The translations under genes were made by a program, and so were the position numbers. A DNA stretch of 64,000 nt from Minisyncoccota bacterium. GTDB lineage: Bacteria > Patescibacteriota > Minisyncoccia > Phycocordibacterales > PALSA-1337. The notes under the pieces were generated by a model. That model ran no database searches. It was not told where the DNA came from and saw only the letters and a program-made list of their open reading frames with translations. Each line of letters starts with the position of its first letter. The stretch's first letter is position 1. This document shows positions 57,336-64,000 of the stretch, in pieces. Location: NCBI GenBank assembly GCA_041671485.1, contig JBAZBL010000003.1, forward strand, positions 25,412 to 89,411, written 5' to 3'.

Positions 57336-58381
57336 TAGAATTCAGTTACCTTATCACGAATATGTACTTCACTTTCGATACGCATTGCTATTTCTGCCAT
57401 TTCCTTCACCGTCTCTATCGGATATTCACCTATAGCAGTCTCTTCGGATAACATCACTGCATCAGCTCCATCTATGATTGCATTTGCAACATCGGATACT
57501 TCTGCCCTAGTCGGAATAGGATTCTTGACCATAGACTCCATCATTTGTGTTGCAACTATTACCGGCTTATTGGATACATTACATTTATATATTATAGTCT
57601 TCTGTATCAATGGTACTTCTTCGGCTGGAACTTCTATAGACAGATCGCCACGAGCCACCATTATGCCATCTGCTTCTTTTATGATTTCATCAATATCTTT
57701 TAGAGCTTCAGGTGTTTCGATCTTGGCAATGATTCTTGAAGTCAAACCTTTGTCTTTCAATATCTGTTTCAAATGAATTATATCTCCAGCATTGCGTACA
57801 AATGAAAGAGCAACTAGATCAACTTTATTCTTTACACCAAATTCAATGTCTCTCATATCTTTCTCTGTAATAGAGTCTAGTGATAGACCTGCGCCAGGAA
57901 TATTCATGCCAACATTATTCTGGACTTTTCCTCCTATTATTACTTTTGTAATTATTTCATTGCCATTTATTTCCATGACTTCCAATTTCCTTGTACCATC
58001 TTGCAATAAAACAATATTTCCAACTTTGATTTCTTTTGGTAGTCCAGAATGATTGATACTAACGACCTCATTTCCTCCTTCAATATCATCAGTAGTCAAG
58101 GTAAAAGTCTGATCTTGTTTCAATTCTACCATTCCACCTTTGAAAGTCCCTACTCTTATCTTTGGACCACAGAGATCTTGCATTATTTTGATTGATTTGC
58201 CGATCTTCTTCTCTACCTCTTTTACGGTATCAAATCTTCTCTCATGAACTTCAAATTTATCGTGCGAGAAGTTGAATCGCGCTATATCCATACCAGCTTG
58301 TATGAGTTTTTCGATCTTATCAGCACTTTCAGTTGCTGGACCAATAGTACATACAATCTTTGTCTTTTTGGCTATATTCAT
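57335..58381 (-). CDS. pyk: Pyruvate kinase, short form lacking the C-terminal domain
   Basis: [56 protein letters not shown]. Confidence 0.93.
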   Translation of the reverse strand: MNIAKKTKIVCTIGPATESADKIEKLIQAGMDIARFNFSHDKFEVHERRFDTVKEVEKKIGKSIKIMQDLCGPKIRVGTFKGGMVELKQDQTFTLTTDDIEGGNEVVSINHSGLPKEIKVGNIVLLQDGTRKLEVMEINGNEIITKVIIGGKVQNNVGMNIPGAGLSLDSITEKDMRDIEFGVKNKVDLVALSFVRNAGDIIHLKQILKDKGLTSRIIAKIETPEALKDIDEIIKEADGIMVARGDLSIEVPAEEVPLIQKTIIYKCNVSNKPVIVATQMMESMVKNPIPTRAEVSDVANAIIDGADAVMLSEETAIGEYPIETVKEMAEIAMRIESEVHIRDKVTEF

Positions 58382-59385
58382 TGTTGGATTATGATTTGCT
58401 TTACTGGTACTTGTCTCAATAGTTCATTCTTCGAATATATTTCTGGATCAATCATTCTATCAAAACAAGTATTTCCAGATCTATGATTCCAAGAATCATT
58501 GTTGTATTTTAGGTCGGGTGCATTGACATATACTGATGTTGGACCACGGTTCTTCATATCTTCCGATGGTAGTGCAAATATTGCACAAAGTTCAAATGTA
58601 GTATCGCCTTTTTTATTATAAACATAATCAGTATCATCCTTGGGATCTTGTGGGATCAACCATCCAGATATAGGATCATTTGTATCATCCAATACGTTTG
58701 GTAATTTACTCTTATTCTGCCAATAATTGATAATTTGCCATTGAATATTCGTCAAATCATTTACCCTCTGATTGTCAAAACGAAGATTTCTTTGTTTGGA
58801 TGGAGAACCAACTGCTACAAAACCTCCGATAATTCCTGCAATAACTATTATGATACCTATACCTGCAAGTATTTTGCGCAGACTTCTTCGTGTCTCAATA
58901 GATCTTTCAAAGAGATAATAAGCAAATATGATTATAGAAACAATGAGTACAGCCAATATTTTGTATACAAACCGACTAGTTATTTCTCCGTTCAAATATG
59001 TATTTATGAGTGCAATGAGATCAACAATGATAGCTACACCTGCCGAGAAAAGTGTGAGATATATTCTCCAACGACGTATCCATATCTCTCTTTTTTCTGG
59101 TGTTATAGATATATCACGATTCGTTAGCCATTCTAGGATATATAGGATTGGTACAAGGACAATAAGCATAGAGACTGGCCATACGATACTATTGCCATAG
59201 AAATATCCTGCAAGTCTATCAGGAAGAAAATAATTTATCACACTGAAAAGCAAGTTGAGTAAAGCAATCGCTGAAGCATATAGGGCTATAGTTGCACCCA
59301 AATGCAAGAAGAAGTCCTTTGGTGTCATCTTAGGAGATACTGTATCCATAGAAGTAGTGTTTGTCGGTAAATTATTTGGTGGCAT
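58378..59385 (-). CDS. Membrane protein (DUF5671-like)
   Basis: PKDFFLHLG, ~5 TM, GSP..QR..RFD.QRV.DL, YW.....LP, DP. Confidence 0.65.
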   Translation of the reverse strand: MPPNNLPTNTTSMDTVSPKMTPKDFFLHLGATIALYASAIALLNLLFSVINYFLPDRLAGYFYGNSIVWPVSMLIVLVPILYILEWLTNRDISITPEKREIWIRRWRIYLTLFSAGVAIIVDLIALINTYLNGEITSRFVYKILAVLIVSIIIFAYYLFERSIETRRSLRKILAGIGIIIVIAGIIGGFVAVGSPSKQRNLRFDNQRVNDLTNIQWQIINYWQNKSKLPNVLDDTNDPISGWLIPQDPKDDTDYVYNKKGDTTFELCAIFALPSEDMKNRGPTSVYVNAPDLKYNNDSWNHRSGNTCFDRMIDPEIYSKNELLRQVPVKQIIIQQ

Positions 59386-59456
59386 AAATATAATGATTAA
59401 TTACTAAAAACTTATGTTGATTATAACATATTGGTGTATTTAGAATTTTTGAAAGA

Positions 59457-60269
59457 TTAACTATCAGAATAAGAAGTTAAATATAAATGAACTATTTTTG
59501 ATAAATATCTTTGATCAATTTTAAAGAATTTCGTAATTCTTCTAACATTATCTAAAGCAAACTTTGATGCCATTCTTTCTTCTTCTAATATATTTGCAGT
59601 ATCACTAACTTTTCTAGTTTTTTGTTCTTTCTTACGACTTTCTTTTAATTCTTCTTTTCTTTCTATATCTAATTTAGCCATATATTTTAAATGTCCAATT
59701 TCATGAAATAAATTAAATATTGCTAGGATATTATCTATTGGTAATCCTGAATATATAATACCAGAATCTGGATTAGTTCTAGATAATAACATTCTTTTGA
59801 ACCTATCTTTTGATGAAATGCCACTATTAATCAATGGAGAAATTATAAAATATTCTTGATCTTCGCTTGGTTTTAAATCTAATTCTTCATTACCTATCTT
59901 GATTTTTAAATTAGAAATATGAAATGTTCGTTCTTTTATACCATCTTGTTTAAAACTTTGTTCTAGATTAAAAAATGCTAAAGTTTGATTTGTCGATAAA
60001 GAATATATATCTAGTTTTTCACAGAAAAAAGAAATTTGTAAAGTATCTTTTTCATTACCAAAACTAAATTGATTAAAACCTTCCTTTATTCCGTAAATTG
60101 GAGTAGAAAGGTCCTCTATGGCAACTAAAATTGTTTTATCTTCAAAAGATTGTTCTATAATATTTCTTGATTGTCTAGTTTTTCTATCTATATAATCAGA
60201 ATCAATTTCTTCCTGTGTTTCTGGTTTGACAAGATCATCTGGTACTTTAAATAGTTTAAAAAATTCCAT
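59457..60269 (-). CDS. AT-rich hypothetical protein with a HExxH motif
   Basis: LFHEIGH plus downstream EE..AS. Confidence 0.6.
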   Translation of the reverse strand: MEFFKLFKVPDDLVKPETQEEIDSDYIDRKTRQSRNIIEQSFEDKTILVAIEDLSTPIYGIKEGFNQFSFGNEKDTLQISFFCEKLDIYSLSTNQTLAFFNLEQSFKQDGIKERTFHISNLKIKIGNEELDLKPSEDQEYFIISPLINSGISSKDRFKRMLLSRTNPDSGIIYSGLPIDNILAIFNLFHEIGHLKYMAKLDIERKEELKESRKKEQKTRKVSDTANILEEERMASKFALDNVRRITKFFKIDQRYLSKIVHLYLTSYSDS

Positions 60270-60287
60270 ACAAATATATTAACACGA

Positions 60288-60305
60288 TTGCGGAGACAAT
60301 GGGAT
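60288..60305 (-). repeat. Partial duplicate of the tRNA-Ser 3' end (att-like)
   Basis: TTGCGGAGACAATGGGAT vs TTGCGGAGACGATGGGAT at 60838-60855, 17/18 identical. Confidence 0.7.
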
Positions 60306-60407
60306 GAAGTTGGAACTTATTTGGCCTGTAATATAACCGAAATCTAAATCTTTAATTTTGCTGGCACAAAAAGCCATGTAGGTATATTATTATGTCTAAT
60401 AAATATT

Positions 60408-60667
60408 ATGAAAAAAGATTTTGACTCATGGAATACCCGTAAAAAAGAAATTAATGAAAAAGGTTCAAATTTCTACCGAATGAGAGACATCAGATGGTGT
60501 TCGCTTGGTATTAATGTTGGCTTCGAACAAGATGGCACAAGTGAAGCATATCGTAGACCAGTACTCATTTTAGATTGATTGACACAAAACGGCTACATGA
60601 TCGTCTTGCCATTCTTGACCAAGAGAAGTTTGAGGAAATAAGAAAAGCCATCAGAAACTTAATCTAA
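60408..60667 (+). pseudogene. PemK/MazF-like toxin remnant with an internal deletion and frameshift
   Basis: MKKDFDSWN...WCSLGINVGFEQDG...RPVLIL then stop; second frame RLIDTKRL...FEEIRKAIRNLI*. Confidence 0.7.
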
Positions 60668-60840
60668 TGGCTTTCCCTTGTTCTCTCCGACTTTCATCGG
60701 AGGACGGCCCGAAGGCATTTGTACCAATATACTATCAAATCAAAGCTGAAAGTCAAGCAAAATCGGTTCTTTAAATAATTGGTTCCAAACCACCAAACTA
60801 TTACCGAAAATAACATTGATAAATAAGGCTAAAATATTTG

Positions 60841-60927
60841 CGGAGACGATGGGATTCGAACCCATGAAGCCGGTTAAGGCTTACCTCGTTAGCAGTGAGG
60901 CGCTTTCGACCGCTCAGCCACGTCTCC
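60841..60927 (-). tRNA. tRNA-Ser(GCT), long variable arm, CCA not encoded
   Basis: GGAGACG/CGTCTCC acceptor stem, anticodon loop CT-GCT-AA, GGTTCGAATCC T-arm. Confidence 0.95.
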
Positions 60928-61068
60928 TTTCATGTCGATCGAATCTTATTCTTGCACAAAATCTGTATTTTTCAAAGCGAGTAATACGGAGGTCTGACCT
61001 CCGTATGAGAATCAATATGAGAACAGGTCTATTTGCGTGTAAATCATTTAAAGCCTAAAATAAAATCC

Positions 61069-63255
61069 ATGAACATCTCCCTCTCCGATGCCGTGGTAGA
61101 ACACTTCCGCCTTACTCCCATACAAAAGCTGGCCCTAAAGAAGCTTGGCATAACAAGTATCCGTGATCTCTTGTATCATTTCCCTTCTCGATACGGCGAC
61201 ACAGCAGAGACTTGTAATATTGATTCACTAGACAAGGGTGATACTGCTGTTGTATATGGCAAGATCACAGGGCTCAAAACTAGCAAGGGCTTCAAATCCA
61301 AAATCCCGATGGCAGACGGTTACGTACAGGATGAAACAGGTAAGATACATTGCGTATGGTTCAATCAGCCATATCTAGCAAAAACAATACAAGAAGGTTC
61401 TATGGTTAGGATTGAAGGCAGAGTCAGTCAGAGACAAAAGACCAATGAACTCTATTTCTCAAATCCGAAAGTAGAAATGGTTACAAAGTTGCCAATAGGA
61501 GTTGGCGATTCCCTATTTAGTGGATCTACAGATGACAGCGAATCACATACACTGTATCCAGTATATCCAGAGTCTCGTGGCATCACTTCGATCTGGATAT
61601 ATCACAATATACAAAAGATATTTAGGAGTGGTTTATTGGATACGATATCAGAATGCATTCCAGAAGATATACTAGAAAAATACCATTTACCTCAAGTAAA
61701 AACTGCACTTATATGGATACATACCCCGATGAAGCGTGACGATGCTCTATCTGCACGCAAACGATTTTCTTTCGAAGAAATATTCTTGATACAGATAGGA
61801 AAATATCAAGAAAGAAAGAAATATGAAAGTCTTCCATCATTTACTATTGAAGAAAATCCAAGAAGTGTACAAGAATTTATCCGCCGCTTCCCATTCCATG
61901 CAACAGAAGCACAAGAGAAGAGTATAGATACTATCCTAAATGATATGAAAAGGGGCATTGCTATGTCACGACTCTTAGAAGGAGATGTTGGCTCCGGCAA
62001 AACCGCCGTGGCAGCAACATCTGCTTATTCAGTCATTACATCCAGAGATGAAACAGGCAAAAACAATTATTTCCAAGTAGCATATATGTGCCCAACAGAA
62101 ATATTGGCAATGCAACATTTCGAATCATTCATACAATATTTCTCATATCTAGGTGTACAAGTAGGACTTTTGACATCCTCTGGTTGTCGCAAATTCCCAT
62201 CGAAAGTCAATCCAAAGGGCTGGACAGATATTTCACGATCCCAACTTTTGAAATGGGTGGAGGGAGGTGAAATACCAATAGTCATAGGCACACACTCTCT
62301 CATACAAAAGTCTGTTCAATTCAAGAAACTTGCTTTTGTTATTATAGATGAACAACATCGTTTTGGTACATCACAGAGAGCACAATTGGTTAGGAAAAAT
62401 GGACATAGTTCTGTTGCACCACACCTTCTGTCTATGACAGCTACACCTATTCCACGCACATTAGCACTCACCATGTATGGCGACCTCGATCTCACTCTAC
62501 TCGATCAATCTCCATCTGGTCGCAAGCCGATAATAACAGAGATTGTCTTGCCAAATCATCGTGATCAAGTATATGAAAAAGTTCGTCAAGAATTGAAGAC
62601 TGGGCGACAAGTATATGTTATTTGTCCTAGGATAGATGAGCCAGATCCAGACAAAGAATTGGCATTGAATGCAAGATCAGTCAAAGCCGAAGCAAAAAGG
62701 TTGAAAGATGATGTATTCCAAGAATATGAAATAGGTATTTTGCATAGTAGGATGAAACCAAAAGAAAAAGATATGGTAATGAATCAATTCAAAAATGGAG
62801 ATATAAATATACTCTGTGCTACTTCGGTCGTAGAAGTGGGTGTCAATGTACCAAATGCAACAGTGATAATCATAGAAGGCGCAGAAAGATTTGGTCTAGC
62901 ACAACTCCATCAATTGCGTGGACGAGTCATGAGAAGTACCTATCAACCATATTGCTATGCATTCACAGAATCAAATGGAGCAAAATCAATAGAGCGTCTC
63001 AAGGCTCTCCAAAACGCAAAGAATGGCTTTGAATTAGCAGAACTCGATCTAGTCCAGCGTGGTACTGGTGGTTTGTCTGGCAATAAACAATGGGGTGTAT
63101 CTGATGTCGCTATGGAAGCCCTGAAGAATCTGAAAATGGTCGAAGCCGCGCGCAATGAAGCACAAAGATTGGTAGACCTAGACTCTACTCTCACTAACTA
63201 CCCTGTCTTGAAACAAGAAGTAGATAATAAGAAAAAGAATTTGCATTTTGAATAA
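61069..63255 (+). CDS. recG: ATP-dependent DNA helicase RecG
   Basis: GDVGSGKT, DEQHRFG, MTATPIPRTL, QLHQLRGRV; start at 61069 supported by TTGCGT-17-TAAAAT-7-ATG. Confidence 0.96.
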   Translation: MNISLSDAVVEHFRLTPIQKLALKKLGITSIRDLLYHFPSRYGDTAETCNIDSLDKGDTAVVYGKITGLKTSKGFKSKIPMADGYVQDETGKIHCVWFNQPYLAKTIQEGSMVRIEGRVSQRQKTNELYFSNPKVEMVTKLPIGVGDSLFSGSTDDSESHTLYPVYPESRGITSIWIYHNIQKIFRSGLLDTISECIPEDILEKYHLPQVKTALIWIHTPMKRDDALSARKRFSFEEIFLIQIGKYQERKKYESLPSFTIEENPRSVQEFIRRFPFHATEAQEKSIDTILNDMKRGIAMSRLLEGDVGSGKTAVAATSAYSVITSRDETGKNNYFQVAYMCPTEILAMQHFESFIQYFSYLGVQVGLLTSSGCRKFPSKVNPKGWTDISRSQLLKWVEGGEIPIVIGTHSLIQKSVQFKKLAFVIIDEQHRFGTSQRAQLVRKNGHSSVAPHLLSMTATPIPRTLALTMYGDLDLTLLDQSPSGRKPIITEIVLPNHRDQVYEKVRQELKTGRQVYVICPRIDEPDPDKELALNARSVKAEAKRLKDDVFQEYEIGILHSRMKPKEKDMVMNQFKNGDINILCATSVVEVGVNVPNATVIIIEGAERFGLAQLHQLRGRVMRSTYQPYCYAFTESNGAKSIERLKALQNAKNGFELAELDLVQRGTGGLSGNKQWGVSDVAMEALKNLKMVEAARNEAQRLVDLDSTLTNYPVLKQEVDNKKKNLHFE

Positions 63256-63370
63256 TATCTCATTTACAACATAATCATACAAAACAAACAATCACCAAAT
63301 CCAAATTCATCCGAACATCAAAGCACAATGTTTCAAAGCGCAAGAATATCAATGATTCAAGGTGCAATAA

Positions 63371-64000
63371 TCAAATCTCGAGGAGCACAACACGACAGCT
63401 CGAGTCCCACTCATCGTCGAGCCAACCCGCACCGCGGAGCCACCCAGCCCCATTCCACCCCGCATAAGGCAAATACCAGCTGCCATCCGAGAGGCGAACA
63501 AGAGAGCCGAAGTTGAAGTACCAGTTTCCGTCTTTTAGTTGATCTGGGACTTTGTCAGGGTTTTCTAACATGAATTTCCAGTATTCTATGCCTGGTATTT
63601 TGTATTTGTCGGAGTATTTCTCAATCAAACGGTTGGCAACATCCTGAACTGTACTACAATCTTCAAATTCCTTGGGATCTGGTATGAATATCTTGTCCTT
63701 GAGTGCTTCCCAGTCTAGGCCTTGTGTGTCAGGATTTAGGGTGAATTGACCAAATTTGTCTGGATCTATGTCTGCTTTTCTTTCTGAATAGTCTTCGTCC
63801 TTTGGATTCTTGATTTCTACAGATATTTGAGTGTCTTTGATCTTTTCTTCGTCTACACCCCATATCTTCCATGTTTCCTTGAGGAAAGAGGTAAAAGAGC
63901 CATATATGTGTTCTGCTTGTTCTACTGTGACTTCTTGATTGCCAAGCTTGATCTTTGTACCTTTTAGGGACTCTCTTAGTTTGGTGATGCTTTCAGTTGT
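63371..64000 (-). CDS. Second DGR-type target protein (CLec-like C-terminus), 5' end outside the window
   Basis: Frame open from 64000 to TGA 63371 (209 aa visible); C-terminus MLENPDKVP..LKDGNWYFNFGS.VR..DG.W...Y..W.G.GW.....WLD.EW parallels target 55854-56474. Confidence 0.75.
   Translation of the reverse strand, partial: TTESITKLRESLKGTKIKLGNQEVTVEQAEHIYGSFTSFLKETWKIWGVDEEKIKDTQISVEIKNPKDEDYSERKADIDPDKFGQFTLNPDTQGLDWEALKDKIFIPDPKEFEDCSTVQDVANRLIEKYSDKYKIPGIEYWKFMLENPDKVPDQLKDGNWYFNFGSLVRLSDGSWYLPYAGWNGAGWLRGAGWLDDEWDSSCRVVLLEI

Noticed and set aside
61033-61068. TTG start for recG
   Set aside because: This TTG is the -35 box (TTGCGT); ATG 61069 fits the leaderless pattern
63371-63500. 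Direct second target of TR 55413-55534
   Set aside because: Numerous non-adenine mismatches, including in the invariant 3' end

Overview
AT-rich bacterial chromosome segment. Gene content and style point to Patescibacteria/CPR (Parcubacteria-like); this is an inference. 1-27.4 kb is a large surface-glycan locus: O-antigen ligase, Wzm/Wzt, many GT2/GT4/GT-C enzymes, four FkbM domains, a B12 radical SAM enzyme and RmlB. 33-42 kb is an unusual cell-wall cluster: ATP-grasp ligase, NlpC/P60, MraY, an arginyl-tRNA-transferase-like protein, two divergent Mur ligases, a LysW-like zinc-ribbon protein and a PLP enzyme. Core genes follow (radC, dnaG, rpoC/rpoB split by a RelBE-type TA pair, trmD, khpA, rpsP, pyk, tRNA-Ser, recG). 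The main highlight is a complete diversity-generating retroelement (DGR) between rpsP and khpA. Its 122-bp TR/VR pair differs at 17 sites, all TR adenines. Its avd gene is antisense to TR and RT, starts inside the RT gene, and is out of frame by one base at a C8 tract, a candidate phase-variable ON/OFF switch for hypermutation. A second DGR-type target whose VR does not match the local TR lies at the right edge. The window also holds two families of 150-210 bp palindromic elements, palindromes inserted in frame into dnaG, rsmI, trmD and a glycosyltransferase, and widespread leaderless-type promoters. All alignments and counts were done by hand; no database searches were run.
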